From positions 22,393 through 86,392 of IMG/VR virus record IMGVR_UViG_3300006099_000006: 64,000 nt of DNA. One strand, 5' to 3'. Both the position numbers and the translations under genes were made by a program. Below, piece by piece: positions 42,644 to 50,408 of this stretch. Within the stretch, counting starts at the first letter, position 1, and each line of letters begins with the position of its first letter. The DNA is from a virus (taxonomy: Duplodnaviria; Heunggongvirae; Uroviricota; Caudoviricetes). A model generated the notes under the pieces. It had not been told where the DNA came from, ran no database searches, and worked only from the letters and a program-made list of their open reading frames with translations.

Positions 42644-43005
42644 ATGATATTTACAAGTTACTTCGCTAAGCTGAGTAAACTTCCTTCGGATGTTGTCCTA
42701 TCTCTATCTGTGGCAAAGCGCCTGACTGGTACACGGGGTTACAGTATAAAAAGCTGGCCCCGAAGTACCAGTTTTTCATGGAGTGGAAACGGACGCATGA
42801 CAACGCTTACTATATCGAGCACTTCGAGCGGGAAGTGTTGGACAAGTTGGATGCTAATACGGTGTTTGCGGAACTTTCCGCACTGTCTGGCGGTCAAACC
42901 TTTGCTCTGATCTGCTACGAACGGCCAAACGACTTCTGTCACCGGCATCTCGTGGCTGAATGGTTCTGTAAGAACGGCTACCGCTGCGAAGAAATTGATA
43001 TTTGA
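42644..43005 (+). pseudogene. DUF488-family gene with an internal frameshift near 42690
   Basis: N-terminus MIFTSYFAKLSKLPSDVV is in frame 2. The remainder, PISICGKAPDWYTGLQYKKLAPKY...LICYERPNDFCHRHLVAEWF, is in frame 1. A single-nt indel in the stretch GTTGTCCTATC would join them. Confidence 0.5.
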
Positions 43006-43019
43006 AAAGGAGAAAAAAC

Positions 43020-43910
43020 ATGGACCTTAAAAGATTCGACAGCAGTGAAGGCAATGTTTGTAAGTATGTCTTCACGAAAGCTGACATGGTTGCCGAAGCG
43101 GTTCTGTACCGCTACGAGGACTTCTACCAGCGCACAGTCATTTGCTGCTCCACCATGAGCGGCTGTCCGGTCGGATGCAAGTTCTGTGGCACCGGAAACA
43201 AGTTTGTGCGGAACCTGACCTCTGCCGAGATCGTTGAGCAGATTCAGGCGGTGCTTCGGGATAAGAGCATTGAGGATGTGGATAAGGTTGGTAAACGATT
43301 CCAGATCATGTTCATGAGCATGGGTGAACCGCTCTTGAACTGGGATCAGGTAGAGAGCGCAATCAATACGCTCCATGACCTCTATCCGAATGCGGAGCTT
43401 TTATTGTCCACCATCGCTCCCAACAACCATGACGCGTGGGATCGGCTGATTCAGCTCTCCAAGAAAATTCCCAAGGTTGGGTTGCAGTTTTCTATTCATA
43501 AGTCCACCGATGCCGTCCGTGATATTCTGATTCCTTACAAGGAGAAGCTGCCCCTCAAGGAAATCCGGGACATCGGCATTGTTTGGTGGCGAGAGACCGG
43601 CAGACATCCCTATCTGAACTACTGTATCGACGGCACCAACAATACGGCTGAAGACGCTGAGCGGCTGATGGCTCTCTTCTCTCCGGTCGTGTTCAATTTC
43701 ACTTTCAGCGTCGTATGCTCCGCAAATGAGAGCATGAAAGACGCCGGCTTCCGTGAATTGGATACGGTGCGACTTTTTGAGCAAAAGTTTGGCTCTAACG
43801 GCTACAACACCCGGATATTTAATCCGGATGGCCAAGACGACATCGGCGGAGGTTGTGGTCAACTCTGGTACGTTCAGAAATGGATGAAAGAAAGGAGTGC
43901 TTCCAAGTGA
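43020..43910 (+). CDS. RlmN/Cfr-family radical SAM methyltransferase-like protein, 296 aa. It lacks the N-terminal accessory domain.
   Basis: The CCSTMSGCPVGCKFCGTG segment carries the CxxxCxxC motif. NLTSAEIVEQI...FMSMGEPLLNWDQV follows. The C-terminal GGGCGQLW carries the conserved methyl-carrying Cys, as in the RlmN motif AACGQL. Confidence 0.7.
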   Translation: MDLKRFDSSEGNVCKYVFTKADMVAEAVLYRYEDFYQRTVICCSTMSGCPVGCKFCGTGNKFVRNLTSAEIVEQIQAVLRDKSIEDVDKVGKRFQIMFMSMGEPLLNWDQVESAINTLHDLYPNAELLLSTIAPNNHDAWDRLIQLSKKIPKVGLQFSIHKSTDAVRDILIPYKEKLPLKEIRDIGIVWWRETGRHPYLNYCIDGTNNTAEDAERLMALFSPVVFNFTFSVVCSANESMKDAGFRELDTVRLFEQKFGSNGYNTRIFNPDGQDDIGGGCGQLWYVQKWMKERSASK

Positions 43911-44164
43911 ATAAAAAACTGCTTGCGGCCATCCTCGCTCTGGGGATGGCTCTTTCTCTGGCTGGGTGCGGAAACCGCCAGATGATTGACCTCACCTACA
44001 CCTACAAGTACGCCATCATCAGCCTGCCCAACGGGGAAATCGTCGAGGGCAAGGTTGATTCCTGGAAGGACTTTGAGGATGGAGACCAGCTCCAGATCAC
44101 CGTTGACGGTGTGACCTATCTTGTCCATGCTACGGACGCCGTCTTGATAACGGAGGAGAGGTAA
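43907..44164 (+). CDS. lipoprotein, 85 aa (GTG start)
   Basis: RBS AAAGGAG; lipobox LSLAGC. Confidence 0.55.
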   Translation: MNKKLLAAILALGMALSLAGCGNRQMIDLTYTYKYAIISLPNGEIVEGKVDSWKDFEDGDQLQITVDGVTYLVHATDAVLITEER

Positions 44165-44166
44165 CT

Positions 44167-44436
44167 ATGAACATGACCATCGAATGGGGTACCAGACTCT
44201 GTACTGTTAAAGGCGAGTCTGGATATTTTCACACCTGGGAGCACTACTCAAAGCCACTCTCGGCAAGTCCACTCGTTGGCGGAGAACCTGCTGGAGTGTT
44301 TAGCCAGGTCTTCGGAATCGTGGAGTTCAAGGATGGCATCCGGCGAGTAGACCCGACTACCATCGTATTCTGTGATGAAGAAAACGCGGCGCTCAAAGTA
44401 TTTGAAGAAAAGGAGAAAACGCATGATTCTGATTGA
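44167..44436 (+). CDS. hypothetical, 89 aa
   Basis: RBS GAGGAGAGG. Confidence 0.55.
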   Translation: MNMTIEWGTRLCTVKGESGYFHTWEHYSKPLSASPLVGGEPAGVFSQVFGIVEFKDGIRRVDPTTIVFCDEENAALKVFEEKEKTHDSD

Positions 44437-45385
44437 GAATGCCCAGATCATGGGCTTGGAACCCACTATCCGCGGAATGCGGAATCCGATGAACAGCTGG
44501 GCCAAGAGCGACAGCGGGCCTTGCCTTACTCACGGTCCTGACCACTGCAAGGACTGCCCTTACCCCGAAGGGTCTTGCTCTGCTAATGTAGAGGATCTCA
44601 GCAATTATATTATCATCGGCCCCAACGACCTTGACCTGATGCTGCGGCTGGCCAGGGCCGGCTCGGTGGACGGCAAGTTCCGCCGGATGATTGTGGTGTA
44701 CGTCGATATCACCGCTCCGCTCTACTGGTGGAAGGAGTTCGATACCTATAAAGTGGGTACGGTCGCCAACTCCTGCTCTACCATGCACAAGATTCACGCC
44801 AAGGAGTTCACGCTGGAGGATTTCAGCCATGAGCATCTTGTAAAGCGTTCCTTACGAAAACTCACAGAAAAAATCGAAGAATTAAACTTCTGGCGGAACA
44901 TTTACTTAAATGGTGGGGAAGTTGATAACGAAGATGGAACAATCCGGATATTCGCGCCCAAGGAAAAAGACGCTTGGTGGCAAATGATTCAGCTCCTCCC
45001 CTCCAGCTACAACCAGAAGCGGACGGTCATGCTGAACTACGAGGTCCTGTCCAACATCTACCAGCACCGGCGTAACCACAAGCTGGACGAGTGGCGGGAG
45101 CTCTGCAAGTGGATCGAGGAGCTGCCGTACAGCGAGGTCATCACCTGCAATGTCATTGAAGGTAAAAAGGCCGCGTTGAAAACCTTTGTCGATGACACTG
45201 ACGCAACGCCTGTTCACGGCGGTGCTTTTGACAAGCCGACTGATGCTGAGAAAAAAGAAATTCAGGAACTCAAAGCAGCCATTAACAAACTGCGGGAGCA
45301 GAAATGGAGTGAAGAGCAAATAACGAAGTTGCTCCAGAGGGCGGCCGATCCTGCCAACCCTAATGGAATAGACCATGAAGGATAA
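44423..45385 (+). CDS. hypothetical, 320 aa, with weak ThyX-like resemblance (ITAP...W region) but no RHR...S..R signature
   Basis: RBS AAAAGGAGAAAACGC. Confidence 0.5.
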   Translation: MILIENAQIMGLEPTIRGMRNPMNSWAKSDSGPCLTHGPDHCKDCPYPEGSCSANVEDLSNYIIIGPNDLDLMLRLARAGSVDGKFRRMIVVYVDITAPLYWWKEFDTYKVGTVANSCSTMHKIHAKEFTLEDFSHEHLVKRSLRKLTEKIEELNFWRNIYLNGGEVDNEDGTIRIFAPKEKDAWWQMIQLLPSSYNQKRTVMLNYEVLSNIYQHRRNHKLDEWRELCKWIEELPYSEVITCNVIEGKKAALKTFVDDTDATPVHGGAFDKPTDAEKKEIQELKAAINKLREQKWSEEQITKLLQRAADPANPNGIDHEG

Positions 45386-45920
45386 GTCTGGTAAAAAGAT
45401 ATTCGGACTCCCCAGGCCATGGAAGCCGATTCCTCTGCCTCCGACACCAATGTTGCCCCGACTCCCGCCACTGGTGTCATCGAAACCAGCTCCGGTTAGG
45501 GGCGATCATCCCCGTGAAGTATTCGAGCCAATCCTCTCAAGAACCATAGAGATGGACAAGTTTGCGGCGGAGGTCATACTTCGATATCGCGACCTTGACG
45601 GAGAATATGAAATCAGAACCTGCCCCGGTGATATTTACAAAATCGTAAACGTGTTCATGGACTATGCCAGATTGCTGGAGCTTGTCAATGACGAGTGGGA
45701 TTTAGATCCTTATCGTTGCGCCGTCAACGAAGTAACCGCTGATAAACTGAGGTCTATTGCCAAAAAGTATCAGGAGGCTATCGACTACGACTATGAGGCG
45801 GCAATGGCAAAGTGCGAAGCAAAACGGAAGAAACAGCATACGGACGATGACGTCGGCGGTGATGCTTTGGAGCTGGCCATGAAACGCGGAAAGCGATCAC
45901 CCAAGAAAAAGGAGAAGTAA
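45375..45920 (+). CDS. hypothetical, 181 aa (Pro-rich N-terminus)
   Basis: ATGA overlap with the previous gene. Confidence 0.55.
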   Translation: MKDKSGKKIFGLPRPWKPIPLPPTPMLPRLPPLVSSKPAPVRGDHPREVFEPILSRTIEMDKFAAEVILRYRDLDGEYEIRTCPGDIYKIVNVFMDYARLLELVNDEWDLDPYRCAVNEVTADKLRSIAKKYQEAIDYDYEAAMAKCEAKRKKQHTDDDVGGDALELAMKRGKRSPKKKEK

Positions 45921-45923
45921 GTC

Positions 45924-46130
45924 ATGGACAAATTCATTATGACGATAGCTGTCATTTTGCTGGTGCACTTATGCGTCTATGCGATTGTCAATCGTATCTG
46001 TAAGTGTATCGAGCACCACACAGAGTATATGTATCGCTCTTTGGCTGATGTCCAGTGGAGACAAGATCATAGGCTGATAAACCCGGGAGTTGACCACAAA
46101 GGTAAGGAGGATGGAAGTTTTTATGTGTAG
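45924..46130 (+). CDS. small membrane protein, 68 aa
   Basis: RBS AAAAAGGAGAAG. Confidence 0.5.
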   Translation: MDKFIMTIAVILLVHLCVYAIVNRICKCIEHHTEYMYRSLADVQWRQDHRLINPGVDHKGKEDGSFYV

Positions 46131-46410
46131 CGGTGTAAAAGAAACTCAATGCACTCACTGTAACCATCTCCAGGTCTGTTCCTTCAAAGTGCAGTTTCTT
46201 GCGGCCCAAAAGGCGGTTGACGAGGTTACGGTCGGCACCGGGGATCGTTCCTTCATCAATCTCCGTGATATTTCGTGGATTCACCCTGTCAGCCTGGAGT
46301 GCTCCTATTTCTCGGGAAAGGCGACAACCATGAGAAATGCTGCCCAAAGTGCAGCTCTGATGGCAACGCCGGCCTCGGCGGTAGGATTCATGGAGGACCC
46401 GATTCCCTAA
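46123..46410 (+). CDS. hypothetical Cys-rich protein, about 95 aa (start ambiguous: 46111 or 46123)
   Basis: RBS AAGGAGG. Confidence 0.4.
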   Translation: MCSGVKETQCTHCNHLQVCSFKVQFLAAQKAVDEVTVGTGDRSFINLRDISWIHPVSLECSYFSGKATTMRNAAQSAALMATPASAVGFMEDPIP

Positions 46411-46550
46411 TTGATATTTCTTTGGCTCCATGTTACAATGACCTTATACACATTCAAGGAGGTGTTAAGGTCATAGCCGGGGAAATCAAAAGCGGAGCTC
46501 AGTCTTCTGCGCAGAAAAAGCAACCCCCTTTATGGAAGGAGGTGAATGAC

Positions 46551-46715
46551 ATGAGCGACAAGGAACAACTAACCATGCTGATCGACATCTACACCGATTT
46601 GCAGCGGATCAAATCTGCGGACGATCGCGAAAAAGAGATCGACTACCAGATTAAAGCGGCGAAGGCGAAGTTGGAGGCATTTGGTATTGTGACTGAAAAC
46701 CTGGACATTCACTGA
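46551..46715 (+). CDS. hypothetical, 54 aa
   Basis: CCTTTATGGAAGGAGGTGAATGAC then ATG. This box is of the same type as those in the 7.6-15 kb array. Confidence 0.45.
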   Translation: MSDKEQLTMLIDIYTDLQRIKSADDREKEIDYQIKAAKAKLEAFGIVTENLDIH

Positions 46716-46794
46716 TTCCAAACCGGGAGAGGGCCTACGGAAACGTGGGCTCTCTTCTTTTATATTTCAAAAAAAAAACGGAGGTACATCAAAA

Positions 46795-47001
46795 ATGCGT
46801 AAGATTCTCAGGAACATGGCGAAGGCCAAGATGAAGGAGATGGGCTACTCCAAGGTCAACAAGCGGATGGATCGGGGCCGCTGGCGCGAGATCGTCGGCG
46901 CCTATCCGGTGAACCTCATTACCGGTGAGAAGATGTCCATGAACTTCCGCGGCCGGAAGAAGAACAAACCCGGCTCCTACAATTCCCTCTTCGCATACTG
47001 A
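46795..47001 (+). CDS. hypothetical basic protein, 68 aa
   Basis: RBS ACGGAGG. Confidence 0.5.
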   Translation: MRKILRNMAKAKMKEMGYSKVNKRMDRGRWREIVGAYPVNLITGEKMSMNFRGRKKNKPGSYNSLFAY

Positions 47002-47201
47002 TGGAAAACGCTTTTCAAGCGGCAAAAAGCGAAATCGTATGGGTTCGGGGCTGCAACTCCGATGGAGCCCTGCGCTACGTCATCACCAGCAGCAAAACGC
47101 GAGATCGCTACTTCCTCTACGCCCTTGAAAGAGGTAAGTGGGAGAAGACAGCCAAAGCCCGGTCCCCGATTGCTTTCGAGGGCCGGGTCAAATTATATTA
47201 G
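47001..47201 (+). CDS. hypothetical, 66 aa
   Basis: Start overlaps the previous stop. Confidence 0.5.
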   Translation: MENAFQAAKSEIVWVRGCNSDGALRYVITSSKTRDRYFLYALERGKWEKTAKARSPIAFEGRVKLY

Positions 47202-47213
47202 GAGGAATGCAGC

Positions 47214-47594
47214 ATGACCAAAGAAGAGCAGGTCATTGAGACCATCAGAAAAGGGCCCGGAATGAGTCCGAACGAGTATCAGCGGCTGGCGCTCCGGACG
47301 GCATCCGAGGAATCCATGAAAGATCCTCTCCTGAACGGCCTGCTGGGCCTCGGAGGTGAAACTGGCGAGTGCCAGGATCTTTACAAGAAGCACCGCTTCC
47401 AGGGCCACGAACTCGACAAGGCTAAGATGGCCAAGGAGCTGGGCGACGTGTCCTGGTATTTAGCGCTCACGGCCTATGCCGTTGGCTACAATCTGGAGGA
47501 CATTTTCAAGATGAACATCGAGAAGCTCCGAGCCAGGTATCCGGATGGCTTCGATGCTGACCACAGCCTTCACCGGCAGCCCGGGGATGTGTAG
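47214..47594 (+). CDS. mazG: MazG-like nucleotide pyrophosphohydrolase, 126 aa
   Basis: EYQRLALRT...LGLGGETGE...ELGDVSWYLALTA matches the MazG pattern. Confidence 0.7.
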   Translation: MTKEEQVIETIRKGPGMSPNEYQRLALRTASEESMKDPLLNGLLGLGGETGECQDLYKKHRFQGHELDKAKMAKELGDVSWYLALTAYAVGYNLEDIFKMNIEKLRARYPDGFDADHSLHRQPGDV

Positions 47595-47606
47595 GAATTC
47601 ACTTTT

Positions 47607-47981
47607 ATGAAAATAATCGAGTTCCTCAAAGCCGTTCAAAAAATTTCACTATCTAAAAGAGTCCCACCCATTAGTGATGAAACTCTGGAAGATTTAATTA
47701 ACCAGATAAACATGACGAAAGAAGACGAACGCTATAACCCATATCCAATTCTCGGAACCAAGCCTCAACAGTATATCCCTTTGGGCTTGCTCCTGATTCA
47801 TGAAGGGCAGGCATGGAAAAACCATGGACAGTCGCTTAACCAACTGGCAAGTCGAGGAGGTCTTAGTTGGGCGGAAGCGCTCGCTATTATAGAAGGTAAA
47901 GGGTGGCGAGACGCAGAACATGATGAAAATGCTGCTGAAATCATCGTTAAGAAAAAGGTATCCCACTACATGAAAGGCTGA
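47607..47981 (+). CDS. hypothetical, 124 aa, AT-rich
   Basis: ORF. Confidence 0.55.
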   Translation: MKIIEFLKAVQKISLSKRVPPISDETLEDLINQINMTKEDERYNPYPILGTKPQQYIPLGLLLIHEGQAWKNHGQSLNQLASRGGLSWAEALAIIEGKGWRDAEHDENAAEIIVKKKVSHYMKG

Positions 47982-47987
47982 TATGCA

Positions 47988-48143
47988 ATGGAGTACCACG
48001 AACAGTTCGTTGAGTTCGACCAATACTGCAAAACCTGCCAGCACGAGAAGCTTGCGGAATCGCACTCGCCCTGTGACGAGTGCCTGGAGCACCCGGTAAA
48101 CTGGGAAACCAACAAGCCGTATTGCTACAAACCAATTTCTTAG
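47988..48143 (+). CDS. zinc-finger mini-protein, 51 aa
   Basis: CKTCQHE...CDEC...CYKP. Weak RBS. Coordinates accurate to plus or minus 1 nt. Confidence 0.3.
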   Translation: MEYHEQFVEFDQYCKTCQHEKLAESHSPCDECLEHPVNWETNKPYCYKPIS

Positions 48144-48160
48144 GAAAGAAGAGTTGACCT

Positions 48161-48280
48161 ATGCTGGAGAAACCCGAAATCATGGTGTCGTGCGAGGACC
48201 CCAATACCACCTATCTCTGCTACCGCGACATGCGCTTCATCTTCCGGGATGGCGAGTACGCCGGCTGGTATCGGCCGTAA
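48161..48280 (+). CDS. mini-protein, 39 aa
   Basis: RBS AGGAAAGAAGAG. Ends immediately before a terminator hairpin. Confidence 0.3.
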   Translation: MLEKPEIMVSCEDPNTTYLCYRDMRFIFRDGEYAGWYRP

Positions 48281-48333
48281 ATCAGCAAAAAAAAAAGAGA
48301 GCCTGTAAAGATGCAGACTCTCTTTGGTCCTTT

Positions 48334-48616
48334 ATGAGGCCACTGTGTCGAAACGTTAAGTTCAATTTGGCTGGTGACTGACTGAAGCCGAGGATACGCT
48401 TTTCAAATGGAATTCACCATAAGACAGGTCTGTATCCCGGTTATATTTTGCATTGGCGTAAACAGTTACGCAATAACACATCCCGATCACGAGAATCGCG
48501 GTGACGGCAATCATGGGATTCCCGAGGTCAAGGGTTGATTGTTGGGTAACAGGAACTGCTGAGGCATTAGTCATGGTCGAAAACCTCCTTATCAGGCTTC
48601 GACACAATGGCCTCAT
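48334..48616. repeat. segment of about 280 bp flanked by 19-bp inverted repeats ATGAGGCCAYTGTGTCGAA, with 1 mismatch between the arms
   Basis: Seen directly: left arm 48334-48352 and right arm 48598-48616. Confidence 0.55.
48362..48574 (-). CDS. small membrane protein, 70 aa, on the minus strand inside the inverted-repeat-flanked segment
   Basis: RBS GGAGG 8 nt upstream of the ATG on the - strand; one TM helix. Confidence 0.5.
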   Translation of the reverse strand: MTNASAVPVTQQSTLDLGNPMIAVTAILVIGMCYCVTVYANAKYNRDTDLSYGEFHLKSVSSASVSHQPN

Positions 48617-48664
48617 TTATATTACCATGAACCTTTTGAATTTACAAGAGAGGCGTTGTCATTT

Positions 48665-48988
48665 ATGAATGAAAAAGTTATGCGGCACAAGGAGCTCTGT
48701 GACGGGCTGAACACCTTGTACGCTCGCAAGAACCACGACTACGGCGACAGCTTCCACCAGACATTTGTCGAGGAGGGGCTGGCTATGGCCCGCATCCGGC
48801 TGGGGGACAAGTTCTCCCGCTTTAAGACTCTGTCCCGCATCTCCCCCACCGATAGCGCTCAGCAGCAGGTTACTGATGAGTCCATCCGGGACACGCTCCT
48901 CGACCTCGCCAACTATGCCATTATGACCGTTCTGGAGCTGGATCAGGCGGAGGCCGAGCGGGCTGATCCTTACAGCGGGGAGGATTAA
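48665..48988 (+). CDS. hypothetical, 107 aa (DUF1599-like pattern Y..KN.DYGDSF)
   Basis: ATG at 48665 within track ORF 48656. Confidence 0.55.
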   Translation: MNEKVMRHKELCDGLNTLYARKNHDYGDSFHQTFVEEGLAMARIRLGDKFSRFKTLSRISPTDSAQQQVTDESIRDTLLDLANYAIMTVLELDQAEAERADPYSGED

Positions 48989-48989
48989 A

Positions 48990-49139
48990 ATGTGTTCACT
49001 CATTTCGGTTGTCCTCGTTCTCATCGGAGTCTACTCTGAAAGAGTGGATGTACTTTTCGTGGCGGCTCTATTCGCGTTCATTTCAAACGTGGATATTCAC
49101 ATCAACATAAACAAGGATGGTTACAACAATGCTGACTAA
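48990..49139 (+). CDS. small membrane protein, 49 aa
   Basis: ATG directly after the previous stop; overlaps the next gene. Confidence 0.3.
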   Translation: MCSLISVVLVLIGVYSERVDVLFVAALFAFISNVDIHININKDGYNNAD

Positions 49140-49416
49140 ACTTCAGGAGCGCTGGTACTTCCTTCTCATTCTAATGGACGCGGCTGGTATGGCCTGGGCT
49201 CGGACGAGACGGACACTCTGCGACCTGCTGGATATTCTCGTCGCACTGGTCGGGCTTTTGCTCGACACTGAAACACTGAGGAACAAGTTCTACGCCATTC
49301 TGCTCATCGCCTGTACCCTACCGGTCATGTTCCTGGACGGCGATGCTACGGCCACGGTTTTCATGGCGATGATTGCGGTTCCCATGTTCTTCGCAAAAGA
49401 AAACTGGATTTATTAG
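49129..49416 (+). CDS. membrane protein, 95 aa
   Basis: RBS AAGGATGG. Confidence 0.5.
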   Translation: MLTKLQERWYFLLILMDAAGMAWARTRRTLCDLLDILVALVGLLLDTETLRNKFYAILLIACTLPVMFLDGDATATVFMAMIAVPMFFAKENWIY

Positions 49417-49432
49417 AAAGGATCTGTGAAAC

Positions 49433-49759
49433 ATGAAAGACACCATCAGAAACATTCTCCTCGCTCTGCTCGCCGTCATCATCGTGGTGGGCGGGACTTA
49501 CACCGCTATCCAGTGGGACGCCATCGTCGGCAAGTGGGAGACGGAGGCGGAGCGGGAGGTCTTCAAGCAGACGACTGCCTACTCTGAGGCCGCCGCGTCA
49601 TTTCTCGCCGACAGCTACAAGCAGTACAACGATGCGGAGAACGATGCCGACAAGAGCACCATTATGGAGTACGTCATCATGCGGTATCCCAACCTCGATA
49701 CGGACTCCATTGACAACGACACCCTGCGCCGGTTCTACAACCAGTGCCTTAACCATTAA
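49433..49759 (+). CDS. membrane-anchored protein, 108 aa
   Basis: RBS GAAAGGA. Confidence 0.6.
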   Translation: MKDTIRNILLALLAVIIVVGGTYTAIQWDAIVGKWETEAEREVFKQTTAYSEAAASFLADSYKQYNDAENDADKSTIMEYVIMRYPNLDTDSIDNDTLRRFYNQCLNH

Positions 49760-49780
49760 AAAAAAACGGAGGAAACAAAA

Positions 49781-50311
49781 ATGAAGAAAGCTATGAAGAT
49801 CGCGGCCCTGTTCCTGTGCGCTGTCATGATGACCTGCTTGATGGCGGGATGCGACGAGACTACTCGGATGAAGGAAGAGAATTACACCGAAAACACCAAG
49901 ACGCAGATATTGGATATGTATGGGCTCCCTGAAGTGACCAATTTCTTTGAGTATTCCCAGCTCAAGGAAATTTACGAACTTCGGGATAACCCCAACTTGA
50001 TCTGCTACTGGTACACAAAGAATGATATGTCCGGCAAGTGGATTTACCAGGGCACCTGTGTTGGATATGGTATCCCCTATGGGGCGAGCATCACAAACCC
50101 TGAGCAGCGTGTATATAGCGGTCTTACGCTGCCTCTTGCGGAACCGAACGGGCTGTACACAAACGGCCTTTCCACTTCCGCAACCTGGATTCTGACTACG
50201 GACGCTAAGGGCAACATTACTCCTACTTACGTTGAAAGTGAAATTACTATCAGTCAGACCAAGATGGAGGCCCGGCTCTGCGAGGACTGGTCGATTCCGT
50301 CCGACTATTAA
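49781..50311 (+). CDS. lipoprotein, 176 aa
   Basis: RBS ACGGAGG; lipobox LMAGC. Confidence 0.65.
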   Translation: MKKAMKIAALFLCAVMMTCLMAGCDETTRMKEENYTENTKTQILDMYGLPEVTNFFEYSQLKEIYELRDNPNLICYWYTKNDMSGKWIYQGTCVGYGIPYGASITNPEQRVYSGLTLPLAEPNGLYTNGLSTSATWILTTDAKGNITPTYVESEITISQTKMEARLCEDWSIPSDY

Positions 50312-50408
50312 CGCATACAGAAGCTTACGGGTGGCGGTGTTCCTACACAGGGATGCCGCCGCTCTTGTTTTTATTCCAAAATTATATTTTTCAAAGAGGT
50401 ATTGCTAC

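Noticed and set aside
48154-48381. Track ORF of 75 aa starting at TTG
   Set aside because: It runs through an A10 tract and the terminator hairpin. The 39-aa ATG ORF at 48161-48280, in another frame, ends cleanly before the terminator and has an RBS.
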